Assembly: GCF_018350175.1 (NCBI RefSeq)
Contig: NC_058368.1
Location: forward strand, 130,636,001-130,700,000
Direction: 5' to 3'
DNA length: 64,000 nucleotides
DNA from: Felis catus
Taxonomy: Eukaryota
The notes beneath the pieces were generated by a model, which made no database searches, was not told the DNA's origin, and worked only from the letters and a program-made list of their open reading frames with translations. The position numbers and the translations under genes were made by a program. This document shows, in pieces, positions 11,604 through 24,896 of this stretch. Within the stretch, counting starts at the first letter, position 1; each line of letters begins with the position of its first letter.

Positions 11604-13980
11604 TAACAGTCAGAAGAAAAAGATTTGTATAGACAAGAAAATGAAGAATGAAAATCAGGATCACTTCAGCAACATCTTTAAAGAACAGAAAGAAAAAAAA
11701 CTTATCAAACTAAAATTCTATACCCTCCAAAAATATGTTTCAAAAATAATCCAAAATAACAGTCTAAAAGAAAGAAGAAATGAAAAGAAATGAAAAAAGA
11801 ATTAACTAAAATGTTAAAATAGACAACAGTGTGACTCCAACATAATTGTAGCATTAATCATATTAAATGTAATTTTTAATACTCCCCAATTAAAAGGCAG
11901 AGGTTGTTGAATTAGATATAAAAGGAAGACCCAATTAGCTGTCTATAAGAAATCAGTTACATATAAAGATACGAACAAAGGTAAAGAATGGAAACATATA
12001 TGCCAAACTGTTAAAAAAAAGTTTAATTATTTCATATAAGACAGTACAATTCACAGTAGTTAATGGTAAGAGGGAAAAGAAGGTAATCTCATGATAAATT
12101 TATCAGTTTATTAGGAGGACCTAACAGTTGTAAATGTTTATTGGGATAATGACAGTGCTGCAATATATATGAATCAAAACCTGATAGAACTGCAATGAGA
12201 AAGAGACAAGTCTAGAATTATAGCTACATACTTTAACACTCCACTCTGAATACTGATAGAATAAGTACAGAGTGTAATGTATTTGATCAACACTCTCAAC
12301 CACAGTGACCTAGAACGTTCAACCAAATAACAGCAAAATACATTCTTTTCAAGTGCACATGGAATATTTATCAAGATAGACCATACACACATTCACAAAA
12401 TAATTCTGTATGAACATAAAAGGATCCAAACATGCCAACTACATTACTTATTACAATGGAGATCAATTAAATATCAGTAACTTTAAAAATTGGAAGATCT
12501 AAAATATTTGAATAGTACGCATTAATAATTATAGATCAAAAAGAAACCAGAAGGGAAATAGGAAGTATTTTGAGCTGAAAAAAATGAAAACTTGAAGTAC
12601 TAAAATTGATGGTGTGCAGACACAGGAATGTTTACAAGGGAATTTTGATAAGTTCTTCTATTACATAAGTAGACAAGTTTAAAATGAATGACCTAAGCTT
12701 CCTACTTAAGAATCGAAAAAGAAGACAAAAAAGACAAATTAAATCTAACCTATGGAGGAATAATCAATGAAAGAACACCAAATTAAACACAAAGAACAGA
12801 AAACAAGGGCATGGAAAATAGAAAAAAAGGAAACAAGACAAAACAAAACAGATAAAGTCAATGAAATCAAAGCTGTTTCTTTGTAACAATACATAAAACT
12901 TGATAAACGTGTAGGCAGACCAATCAGGAAATAAAGAGAGAAACAATACCAATATTAGAAATGAAAAGAATAACCACTACAGATTTTACAGATATTAAAT
13001 TGATCATGAGGGGACTTTAAGGACAACTTTCCCAATACATTTGAACAATTTAAACGCAATAGACCAATTCCTTGAAAGACACAAACTATTAAATCTAAAT
13101 AGCCTTATATCTCTCAAAGAAATGGAATATATATTTGAAAATATTCCTACAAAGGAAATTCCCAATACAGACATCACAGGTAAATTCAGTGAAATATTTA
13201 AAGGAAAAAATTACTTCTATACAAGTCTTTTCAGAAAATAGAAAAGGAGAGAATACTTCTCATCTAATTTTATGAGACCAATATTACCCTGATTAAAAAA
13301 ATTAAAACAATTATAAGAAAACGATAGGACTGCATCTGTGACCTAAGATACAAATATTCTTAAAATTTTATCCAGTCTAATCCAACAATGTATTAAAAAC
13401 TAGTATATTCTGATTAAGTGGGATCAACCTAATAAGGTTAAGTTTGGTTTAGGATTTAAAATTTTATATATTTCACCATATTAACATTTTAAAAAAAAAG
13501 CCATGACTATTTCAATTGATTTAAAAAAATCACTTGACAAAATCCAACATCCATTAATGATGACAACTCTCAAAGCACTAGGAATAGAAATGAACTTGAT
13601 CAATGTAGTAAAGGATATCTATATTAACATCATCCTTAAATGTGAAATAATGGATGCTTTTCCCCTAATATTACAACCAAACAAGAATAACTGTTGTCAC
13701 CACTTCTACTGTACAACATTGTACTGGAAGCACTACCCAGGGCAATAAGACAACTACTGCAAAGAAAGGAGACGGAGGAGGGAGACAAAGAGAGAAGAGG
13801 AAAGAAAGAACAAAAAAGAAAAAGATAAACAAAGAAACAAAAAGATATACAGAATGGAAAAGGAAATAAAAAACAGATAGATGACCTAATAGTCTATGTA
13901 GAAAAGCTTAGCTAATTTAAAAATCTGTAAAGCTAAGAAGTAAATTTAGAATGTTTGCAAGATTAAAAATCAATATACAA

Positions 13981-14200
13981 GGGGTGTCAGGGTGGCTCAG
14001 TCGGTTGAGCATCCGACTTCAGCTCATGATCTCAAGGTTTGTGGGTTCAAGTCCTGCATCAAGGTCTATGCTGATAGCTCAGAGCCTGGAGCTTCAGATT
14101 CTGTGTCTTCCTCTCTCTCTGCCCCTCACCCGTGCTTACTCACTCGATATTTCTCTCTCTTTCAAAAATAAATAAACATTTTAAAAATGTAAAAAAAAAG
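13981..14200 (+). mobile_element. CanSINE
   Basis: Full element; TSD AAAATCAATATACAA / AAAGTCACTATACAA. Confidence 0.95.
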
Positions 14201-14462
14201 TCACTATACAAAAATCAAATTTATTTCTACAGCAACAAAAAAAATGAAATAAAATACACTTTAAAATTGGATCAGACATTGAACAATCAGGAATAAATCT
14301 GATTTCAAACTTTCAAGATTTATATGCAGAAAACCATAAAACATTTCTAAGTGAAATTAAGCAAGGGAATAAAATGAGATATATACTATGTTTATGAATT
14401 GAAAGATTCAATATTGTTATGCCACCAATCATCCTCAAATTATCTCTAGATTAGAAATACCC

Positions 14463-14678
14463 TTTAAAAAAAAATTGAAGTTTACTTATTTTGAGAGAGA
14501 GACAGAGTGTATATGAGCATGCACGCGAGCAGGGGAGGGGCAGAGAGACCAGAGGAGAGAAAATCCCCCGGAGGCTCCACATTGTAAATGAAGAGCACCA
14601 TGTAAGATCATGTGAGATCATGATCTGAGCCAAAACCAAGAGTTGAATGCTTAACCAACTGAGCCACCCAGATGCCCC
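14463..14678 (-). mobile_element. CanSINE (older subfamily)
   Basis: Reverse head AACCAACTGAGCCACCCAGATGCCCC. Confidence 0.93.
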
Positions 14679-14692
14679 AAAATTAGATAATC

Positions 14693-14911
14693 TTTTTTTT
14701 TTTTTACTGTTTATTTATTTTAGAGAAAGAGACAGACAGAGCTCAAGTGGGGGAGGAGCAGAGAAAGAGAGGAAGACCAAGAATTGGAAGCAGGCTCCAG
14801 GCTCTGAGCTATCTATCAGCACAGAGACTGAAGTGGGGCTCGAATCCACTAATTGTGAGATCATGAGCTGAGCCAGTCTGACGCTTAATGAAATGAGCCA
14901 CCCAGGCATCC
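14693..14911 (-). mobile_element. CanSINE
   Basis: PolyT, GA tract, reverse head GAGCCACCCAGGCATCC. Confidence 0.94.
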
Positions 14912-15259
14912 TTCAAAATTAGAAACAATTTTAAACAAAATATTAGCATTTTCTTTCTGTAGAGACTGATACTCTAATTCTAAAATTAATAAGAAATGCA
15001 GAACACAATGATCCAAAATGTTGATACAGAAAAACAAAGTTGGGAGGACTCATAAAACCCTGATTTTAAGACTTAACATAAAGCTACAATAAATATACCC
15101 TATCACACTGGCATAAAAATACACACAAAGATTAACCAAACAGTATAATTTTGAAATAGACCTATACATATATAGGCAATTTATTTTCCATGAAATTTCT
15201 AAGAGATTTTGATGGGAATTAGTAATTATTTCAATCAGTGGTTTTACAAACATATGCAG

Positions 15260-15311
15260 AAAAACAAAACAAAACAAAACAAAACAAAACAGAACAAAAC
15301 AGAACAAAAAC
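15260..15311. repeat. (AAAAC)n microsatellite within L1
   Basis: Direct read. Confidence 0.95.
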
Positions 15312-16424
15312 CTTTCAAACTTTACCTGACACTGTATACAAAAATGTACTCAAAATGGGTAACACATTTAAAGGGAAAAAACTATAAAATATCCAGAAGG
15401 AAAACTAGGAGGAATCCTTGGTGACCATGGTTTTGGAAAAATGTTTTCTAAATAGGAAATCAAAGCCATCAACTATATTAGAATACTTTTTTTTCTTCTG
15501 AAATAGTTTCTCCTGAAAACAACCATTTTTAAAAATCAAAGGGCAAGGCACAGACTAAGGAAAATATTTGCAGAACACATATCTGATAAAGTGCTTATAC
15601 TCTACTAGATTAATGACTGTCAAAGTCAGTGATAAGAAGAAAAACAACAAAAGAAATTTGCAAAATATTACCAAAGAAGACATACAGGTGGCCAATAAGC
15701 ATATGAAAAGATGCTCAAATGCATTAGTCATCAGGGAAATGCAAACTAAACCAAAGTGAGATAGTGGTATACACCCATTATAAGGGCTAGAACTAGAAGA
15801 CCTAACCATACCAAGTGTTGACAGGGATGAGGAACCACTGAAAATCTCAAGTACTGTTGATGGAAATGTACAACTACAATTATAGAAGAGTTTGTCCCTT
15901 CTCTCAAAGTTAAAAATACATCTACTGTACAACAAGTCTACTTTAAAGTATTTATTCAGCCAAGAGAAACGAAAGCATGTGTCCACACAAAGAAGTGGTT
16001 AATGAAAGAAAACAGATTAACATATACAGAGTATATGATTCAATTCCATAAAATTCTAGAAAATGCAAACAACCATAATTGTAGGCATAGCATTTGCCAA
16101 AGAACAAAGATGGGTGGGTAGCAGGGGGGATTCGTCGGATTACAAAGTGGCATGAGAAAACTTTTTAGGGTAATGGATATGTTAATGTACTGATTGTAGT
16201 GAGGGTTTTACAGTGTGCAAATAGGTTACACTCATGAAATGTTATACCTTAAATATGGGGCAGTGGACTGTGTTATTTAAACCACAGTAAGTTAAAAAGA
16301 GTAAACCATAACTGAACACCTGGTAAAAAAAAGTGGCCCCACTCTTCAGTTCCATCTTCTTGAAACAAACTGTATCTTTAACTGACCAAATGAAGGATCA
16401 CATGAGAAAGCCATCTTACATGTT

Positions 16425-16640
16425 ATTATCATTTTATGAGCTTTTAGTGTATGTCAGGAACTCTTCTAAGTATTTGTCATAGATTAAGTCTTAATCTCTA
16501 TAATACCTGATGAGGTAAATTCTATCATTACCTTCTCATATTTTATTATTAAATTGTATTATTAACTTCCCCAAATTTTTAACTGACCTGTTCACAATCA
16601 CAGAAAGAGAGAGACTGGGATTAAATATAAACACTCATAC
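16425..16640 (-). mobile_element. MIR fragment
   Basis: TGAGCTTTTAGTGTATGTCAGGAACTCTTCTAAG...TTAATCTCTATAATACCTGATGAGGTA. Confidence 0.65.
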
Positions 16641-17598
16641 ACTTAGTAACAACACTTGATTTCCTTAGGGTGGCGGAGAGCAGTATTATGCTTCAAATAA
16701 TGTGTTGAAGCAGAATGCTTATCACAAAACCACTGTCCGATCATAAGCCTTTAAAAACTGAGCAGGAACCATTGCTTCTTTTCTTTAAATAAAAGATGTC
16801 TTTACAACAATGATGACAGTCCTGGAGCCCAGGAGAGATCAGGGCAAGATCCTGCATCCTGCCAGCAAGAAAGGATGAGCAAGCAAAGCTGATTCTTGCT
16901 GTAAATTGTTAACAGAGTCCCAGCTGTTGACATAAGGTCTCTCCTGCCAGTCATTTATGTCAGTACTGTTGAGGGAAGAAAGTGAAAATGAAACAGACAA
17001 AGGTTCGGTATTAAAGAAATAGGTGTCAAGAGAAGAGTAGGAATGAGTATAGGCAGATGTTTATGGGCTGTAACACTAGAGTTGGCTTAGTATAAGTAAC
17101 TTAAGAAGGAACGGGATGGTAAATAGGAGTATATTGACTCTCTTAGTTCAATTCATTTTCATCCAAAAATTCTCTAGGTATCCCTAGTGTGTAACTAAGT
17201 TTGGGAATCAACTATGACAGTCAACTCCTATATTTTATATTGAAGAAAAAGAAGTTCATAGGGCCAAGTAACTTGGTAAGTCATCTCAAACTAGGTCAAG
17301 ACCCCCAATTTGTAGATTTTCAACCAAAGACAACTTATCAGACATTGACACATCACTGTGAATGAGTTTGAAATCCTTCTTCATGACAGGCTTTTTTACA
17401 GAAAGAGCATAGAGATGATAAAGTCTGGAGCCATAAAAGGGTTAACTCCATACCTAAACTTCCTATATTCACTATCAAGCTGAGGACTGGGATGCTAGTC
17501 TGTACACGTTTCCCAACCTCTCTGTGATACAACTAACAGCAAAAGAAACTTGAGAACTGTTTTCTTATACTATAGAGATCATCATTATAGGTAGGTTT

Positions 17599-18643
17599 TT
17601 TTAATATGAAATTTATTGTCAAATTGGTTTCCATACAACACCCAGTGCTCATCCCAACAGGTGCCCTCCTCAATGCCCATCACCTACCCTCCCCTCCGTC
17701 CCACCCCCCATCAACCCTCAGTTTATTCTCAGTTTTTAAGAGTCTCTTATGCTTTGGCTCCCTCCCTCTCTAACCTTTTTTTTTTCCTTCCCCTCCCCCT
17801 TGGTCTTCTGTTAAGTTTCTCAGGATCCACATAAGAGTGAAAACATATGGTATCTGTCTTTCTCTGTAGGACTTATTTCACTTAACATAACACTCTCCAG
17901 TGCCATCCATGTTGCTACAAAAGGCCATATTTCATTCTTTCTCATTGCCATGTAGTATTCTTTATGTATATAAACCACAATTTCTTTATCCATTCATCAG
18001 TTGATGGACATTTAGGCTCTTTCCATAATTTGGCTATTGTTGAAAGTGCTACTATAAACATTGGGGTACAAGTGTTCCTATGCATCAGCACTCCTGTATC
18101 CCCAGGGTAAATTCCTAGCAGTGCTATTGCTGGGTCATAGGGTAGATCTATTTTTAATTTTTTGAGGTATCTCCACCCTGTTTTCCAGAGCAGCTGCACC
18201 AGTTTGCATCCCCACCAAGAGTGCAAGAGGGTTCCCGTTTCTCCACATCCTCGCCAGCATCTATAGTCTCCTGATTTGTTCATTTTATTTATTTATTTTT
18301 TCAACGTTTTTATTTATTTTTGGGACAGAGAGAGACAGAGCATGAATGGGGGAGGGGCAGAGAGAGAGGGAGACACAGAATCGGAAACAGGCTCCAGGCT
18401 CTGAGCCGTCAGCTCAGAGCCTGACGCGGGGCTCGAACTCACGGACCGCGAGATCGTGACCTGGCTGAAGTCGGACGCTTAACCGACTACGCCACCCAGG
18501 CGCCCCGTGATTTGTTCATTTTAGCCACTCTGACCGGCGTGAGGTGATATCTCAGTGTGGTTTTGATTTGTATTTCCCTGATGAGGAGTGATGTTGAGTA
18601 TCTTTTCATGTGCCTTTGGCCATCTGGATGCCTTCTTTAGAGA
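17599..18643 (-). mobile_element. Young felid L1, 5'-truncated, with 16-bp TSD and a nested SINE
   Basis: ORF 17942-18283 [14 protein letters not shown]...CTPMFIVALSTIAKLWKEPKCPSTDEWIKK is the ORF2 C-terminal region; TSD CATTATAGGTA(G/A)GTTT at 17583-17598 and 18644-18659. Confidence 0.96.
18288..18506 (-). mobile_element. Young SINEC_Fc nested in L1
   Basis: CpG-rich; perfect TSD TGATTTGTTCATTTTA at 18272-18287 and 18508-18523. Confidence 0.97.
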
Positions 18644-19020
18644 CATTATAGGTAAGTTTAAATAAGAAAGGTACTTTGTTCAAATATCACCTCATTTACC
18701 AACACAATTTCTCTTTTATCTTCTAATGACTAAGGCAAAACTTCCCCCCAAAGACAGAATGCCACTAGATGTTAGTATCTCATTTAGACAGATCTTGGAA
18801 GACAAATAAATGACAGTGATTAGTTCCCTATACAGTTGTGAGCCAGAATCTGTGAATGGAGTCATCACTGTATTCTCACTAATATTCTTCCTGTGCACTG
18901 TGGCCATAACTGAGGCTACACGTTGCTATTGTTTTTGGGCAAAATTGTGACTATTTCAGGCCTTTCCTACCTACTACTTAAAAACAAAAGTAGTACCACC
19001 TTAGGTTAAGACTTCATAAG

Positions 19021-19235
19021 TTTTTTAAATGTGTATTTATATTTAAGAGAGAGAGAGAGAGAGAGACGGGGGGGGGGGTGAGGGGCAGAGAGAGAGGGAG
19101 ACACAGAATCCAAAGCAGGCACCAGGCTCTGAGCTGTCAGCACAGAGCCCCACATGGGGCTCGAACCCACGAACTGTGAGATCATGACTTGAGCTGAAGT
19201 CAGACACTTAACCAACTGAGCCACCCAGGTGCCCC
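19021..19235 (-). mobile_element. CanSINE
   Basis: Full element; TSD GACTTCATAA on both sides. Confidence 0.96.
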
Positions 19236-21479
19236 AGGACTTCATAATTTATAAAGTATTTTACATTATTATCTCACTTTTTTATATAATTGCCTTGCTT
19301 TATAGTTACAGATAGCAAGAGGTAGAGACAAAGTAATGTGTTATTATTTACATATCTTATTGGTAGAATCAACATATTAATTGATACAGTTAAATGGAAA
19401 ACCCGAGTTTCACCCCAAATCCTGTATTCATGCCAAAAAAACCCAAAGCTGTCTTCCCATTCTTAATTGTGTGGCATTAATTCTTAGAACTGCTTCATAG
19501 GTTATCATTCCCAGTGGGTTAGGCATATTAAAGAAAGCCTCAACATAAATTTTAAAAATTCTAATCGGCTTTTTGCATTGGGGGCTAGCTTGTGTGTCAA
19601 CTTTGGTGGTCATTTCCCTCTCTTGGAATCTTCCCAAAGGATGCATATACTTTTCTTCCACCTATAATCCCCTTCCCCTTTGCTTAAATGTCCTTCTCTG
19701 AGAGGCTTTCTGGCCACCCTAACTCACATAAACCCCAGGGTTTGCTCCTCAGACCCTTGTTTATTAGTCCCATAGCCTTCCTGCCATTTGGTGTTATTTT
19801 TAGCATGTTTGCTGACCTAGATACTGCTTCCTCCACTAGTCTCTGTGATCTATGGCTGTCTCCCCGAAGTGTGGTTTAGTGCTGCCACTCTTTTGAAACT
19901 TGATTGATTGTGTAAGCGTCGGAATTCTCAAAGCTCTTTAACCATATGGCCAGTCTTGCGGGCAGTGCTGGCAAACGGGTACCGTGGGATGAGAGCATGC
20001 ATGCCTTTGGAGAGGCTTTACCACTTGCCAGCACACAGTAAAAGTTTTGATATTTTTGGTGTGATTTCTCAGTTGCGTGTCACCAGTCATATTGATCCCT
20101 CAGGCACATTGACTCACCAGGGCTTGGAATGTAATATTCTGATTTATGCCAGCTAAGGTATTTTTTTTTAAAATTAATTTGCACCCCAAAAAGCTGTCAA
20201 ATTCAGAATTTTGCTGAACTATGTTAATCTCCCATCTGTGCGGAATGGGACTCACCAGAAGTTCCTGGTGGCTAATAATGTTGGACGTGTGTTTTGGAAA
20301 ATACACCTGACACGTTTTCAGAAAGCACACTTCTTTCTGGCATAAACTTTAATAGCAGATGACACATAGCAATGAACTCTAGATATGAAAAGAGTTTGCT
20401 GCTTTTCTGAATTTTTATTATTTTTCCTTCATCTTTTCTTTAACTTCTCCTCTAGAATATCACATAAAGAAGGCAGAAATGTAGTGCCACTGGTTAAAAA
20501 CCCCTTCCATTCTCACTGTCCAATTCAGCTCATATTCTCCATATCATCTGGTGGGATGGGGCTTTCTGGTAGTGATGTTACTGCTAAGTACCCAGTGCCC
20601 TGCTACAGAGTAAAAGGACAAGAGTGAATGACTGATGGTGATGATGATAACAAATATGGAGGATGAAAGTGCTTGACTATGCTAACTGGTGCAAAGCTTC
20701 ATTAATAGAAGCTCACGTATCAGAAGCAATAGATAAAAGCATAAACGTATGCTCTCCAAATGGCCAGGGAGGGGGTTCAGATTCCAAAATAGGAAATTAT
20801 TCTCTAGCAGCGTAGAACCTGAGAAGATCTGGTATTTAAAGAATAAAGAAAGGGCATAAAACTCTCTTAAGCTAGGATGCTGAGGACTAAATGAAAGTTA
20901 AATCTTTCTTGGTAATCAGGTGAGGTGAAAACATGCTTAGTTAAGAAGACAGTGCTGATGGGACTGTCATAATTTTAAGATAAACTTCAGCTACAACATG
21001 GCTGGAGTCTTCTGATCAGAGAAGTCCAGAACTTAGAAAACGTTAAATGTTCTATTTGATTTTCATTGCTGATAAAGTGGATTTTGAAAAGAGAGGGGAT
21101 ATGAAGATCCCTTTTCTTTGAGGTCAAAGTCACTATTTGGGTAATGGCAGCAAAGAGGCACGTGTGATACAGCAGAAATGAACTTGGTCTGTCCCAGGGA
21201 TCCCAGCAGCACTAAAGGAGATGTGGATGACAGAATAGGAGGCCAATGGCAAGAAAAAAGTTGAGTTTCCAAAAAATGAGAAACACTGATGTGACTATCC
21301 CCCACCCCTGACCCCCAAATGTGAAATTGGAAGATCAGTCTGGGAAAGGAAAGGACAACTGTTACTAACCAAAGATGAGGCTGAATACAGGGCATGAATC
21401 CACACAAGGGTAGGACAAGCCCTCTACAGGGAACATACCACAAAGAATTTTTAAGATTAGCAACTGGAAGGTAGATATC

Positions 21480-22180
21480 AAGGACTCAAAATACAAAAAT
21501 CAGGAATGAAAAAGGGGACATTAATTTTGACCTTAGAAAAATGAAAATAAGTAAATACTTTGGGCAACTGTAATCCAAGACATGCATAAACTAGATAAAA
21601 TAAACTCAAAGACATGAACTATAAAAACTTCTTTAAGATAATATATAAAATCGGAAAAGAACTATAATAAAGGGTTTATAAAATTAGTTATAAAAAATTT
21701 CCTCAAAGGAAAATCTAGAACCAGAGGGCATCACTGTCAAATTATCAAACCTTTAAAGAAAACTTAACATCTATCATTCAAAAAAGACTTCGGAAAATAA
21801 CAGAAGAGGAGAAAACACTTTCCAAAGCATTCCTAAGTAGTAATATCAATACTGAAAGTCCTTATGAATAAAACTACAGACACATATCCTATATAAATAA
21901 AGACACAAAAATCTTGAAGAAAACACTAGCAAACCAAATGCAGAAGTACAGAAAAAAAGATTATACACTGTGGTCAATTGGGATTTACCCCAGGAGTGCA
22001 AGATTGGTCCAACATAAGAAGATCATCAACATAACGTACCACACAAGTGGATGACAGAATAAAATCCATATAATATACAAACAGACGCAAGGAAAAAAAA
22101 ACATTTGACAAACTTCACTCCCTTTCATGGTAAAAATACTCAACAGGTAGGAATATCAATCAGGAAAACCTACAGATAAC
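21480..22180 (+). mobile_element. Old L1M ORF2 fragment
   Basis: AAAACTACAGACACATATCC...AAACACTAGCAAACCAAAT...GGGATTTACCCCAGGAGTGCAAG (RT region). Confidence 0.8.
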
Positions 22181-22744
22181 ACCACTGACCCAAAAGACCT
22201 ATAGTTCTTTACATTAAGCCACCTTCCTCTTCACCCGCTCCTACTACACTGATTCAAAAGGGTCAGAGGATATAGGACAAAAATAGAACAAGTAGTGTGA
22301 ATACCAGACCATCTCTCCCCTCTTGTGGTTTACATAAGTGACCAAAAATTAAATTGGCTTGGCACTTGAAAGTGAACAGAATAAACTGGGATCACCCTGA
22401 GATATCTTCAAGAGGCTGGGAAGTGAAACTGAGGCCATATTTGAAGAGAGACATAGGACAAGCAAAGAAGCTTTTGGTTTTAACCTGTAACAGGCAGACT
22501 AATCACCCTTTAAAGATGCCCATGTCCTAATCACTGTGTATATGTAACCTTACATGGAAACTATGTATATGTAATCTTACATGGAAAACACAACTTTGTA
22601 AATGTAATTAAGGATCTTGAGATGACTCTCTTGGATTATCCGGGTAGGTGCCATGTAATCATAGAGGCCTTTATGAGAGGGAAGCAGAAGGATTGGAGGT
22701 GGCAAATAAATATGATAATGAAAAGAGAGGTCAAAGTGACAAGA

Positions 22745-22927
22745 GGGGTGCCTAGGTGGCTCAGTCTGTTGAGTGTCAACTCTTGATCTCAGCTCAGGTC
22801 ATGATCTCAGGCATCGGCCTCTGCACGGTCAGTGCAGGGAGCTGTCTTGGGATTCTCTGTCTCTGCCTCTGTCTCTCACCTGCTCACTTGCTTGCTCTCT
22901 CAAAATAAATATATAAACTTTAAGAAA
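22745..22927 (+). mobile_element. CanSINE in the 5' LTR
   Basis: GGGGTGCCTAGGTGGCTCAG head; degenerate TSD GTGACAAGA / GTGATAAGA. Confidence 0.93.
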
Positions 22928-24664
22928 ACGTGATAAGAGAAAAGGCCCATAAACCAAGGAATGTAGTCATCCTCCAAAAGCTGTAGAAACCCAGAGAGTC
23001 TTTTCCTTGAGTCCAGAAGGAACACAATCTTGCTGATACCTTAATTATAGAGCTGGCCTCTAGACTTTAAGATAAGAAATATGTCTAGTTTTAGGACAAA
23101 TTTTGTGGCAATTGTTGTAGCAGCAATAAAAAGTTTAAACAGACTTCAGTGCTGATTGTGGAGTGCTACTGTAACGAATACCTTAGAATGCCCAAGTGGC
23201 TTTCCAAAGACTGGAAGAATTTTGAGAAGAATGACAGAAAAGCCCTAGATTTCCCTGAATAGTTAGCCCAAATATGGATGTTGACAACCCTTCTAGTAAG
23301 AACTCAGAAGTAAGTGAGAAACCTGGTTAAAAAAAAGTAATAATAAGGTTTTTAAGAAAAGATATTATTGTAAAAATAATTAAATCATCATATGCAGGCA
23401 GTAGAAATATCAAATATTAAAGGTGCTGTTGTCAAATGTTAAGAAGGAAATGAGGAAGTGTTTCATCAAAAACTTGAGGAAAGGGGATCCTTGTTATCTA
23501 AGAGATAGAAAGCTTAGTGGAATTATGTCCCATGGTTACATAGCAGAACTTTTAAGTGATGAGTTTGAGCAATTGGCAGGAGTAATACCTAAGCAGTGTG
23601 AAAGAGAGGCCTGGTTTCTTCTTGCTGCTTATAGTAAAATCCAAGAAGAGAGAAACACTTACAGGGAAGAACCATTCAGTAAAAGGGAATGAGAACCTTA
23701 CGTCTGAGGCACTCCTCTGCCTCTCTAGATTGGAAAAGACAGCAAAATTATATTCACTGTCAGGAAAGTGTGCTTTGGCAAGAAAGCCAAGAGTGTGACT
23801 AGACAGCCGCTTGCTCGTGTCTTTACAGTGCCAGTACTGAGTCGCACTGAGAGCTCTCTAATGAGATTAGGATGGGACTCACAGATTCCCTCACCAGTTA
23901 TATAAGCAGAAACCAGGAATAGAGAGAGAGTTATCCTGAAGTCATATGGCGGCGGAGGGGTGAGCTTCTTGTCTAGTGGAGTGAATCTCAGGACATACCA
24001 AAGGAGACCCACAATGTTCTGGAGAATTTTACATGAGCGGAAATACTATCCATTTGGACTGAAAGAGATAGAAGACAAACTGAAAGAAGGCTAGGCTACT
24101 AGACTCCTTACATTCTACAGGCAGGCGACAGGTTGATTAAACTACTGAACTTCAAACAAGTCCTAGGGTGAAGACTTGAGCTGAGGGATTGGAGTCCTGA
24201 GTCCAGAGGATGGGAGTATGAACCAAAAAGGATTACTTCTAGACCTTGAAATCTAATGTTTGTCCGGCTACATTTCAGAATTGCCTGGGATTGGTGTCTC
24301 CTTTTATTTTCCATTTTCATACTTTTTGGATGAGAATGTCTGTAACAGCTATCCTAGATTATTCCATCACTGTATTTTAGAACTAGAAAACCTGTTTTCT
24401 AATTTTTCAGGTCCACAAATCCAGCGGAATTTGGCCCCAGGATTTATTATACCTAGGACTAAGCCGTACCTAGTTTAGAGCATTTAAATCACGAAATGTG
24501 AGCATTTTGAGCTGATGAAACTTAGATATTTGGACTTGAGTTGATGCTGGAATGGGTTGAGGTTTTGAAGTGTCTTGGCATGTTGTGAATGTATTTAAGT
24601 GTGAGACGGGCGTAAATACTTACAGAGTGAATTTTGATAGACCGTATCATGTTGTTCACATCTT

Positions 24665-24896
24665 TTTTTTATTTTTTTTTTTAATTTTTTTTTCAACGTT
24701 TATTTATTTTTGGGACAGAGAGAGACAGAGCATGAACAGGGGAGGGGCAGAGAGAGAGGGAGCCACAGAATCGGAAACAGGCTCCAGGCTCTGAGCCATC
24801 AGCCCAGAGCCTGACGCGGGGCTGGAACTCAGGGACCGCGAGATCGTGACCTGGCTGAAGTCGGACGCTCAACCGACTGCGCTACCCAGGCGCCCC
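24665..24896 (-). mobile_element. Young SINEC_Fc in the 3' LTR
   Basis: Perfect TSD TGTTGTTCACATCTT at 24650-24664 and 24897-24911. Confidence 0.97.

Larger units (their letters stand above)
11605..16280 (+). mobile_element. Old decayed L1M (ORF2 + 3'UTR), interrupted by three SINEs
   Basis: ORF fragments TISIDLKKSLDKIQHP (RT) and EDIQVANKHMKRCSNALVIREMQTK; L1M-type 3' end at 16150-16280. Confidence 0.88.

Noticed and set aside
16684..16718. Short hairpins TGCTTCAA/TTGAAGCA (and AAATGTGC/GCACATTT near 38582)
   Set aside because: Perfect stems of 8 bp are expected by chance in 64 kb of AT-rich DNA.
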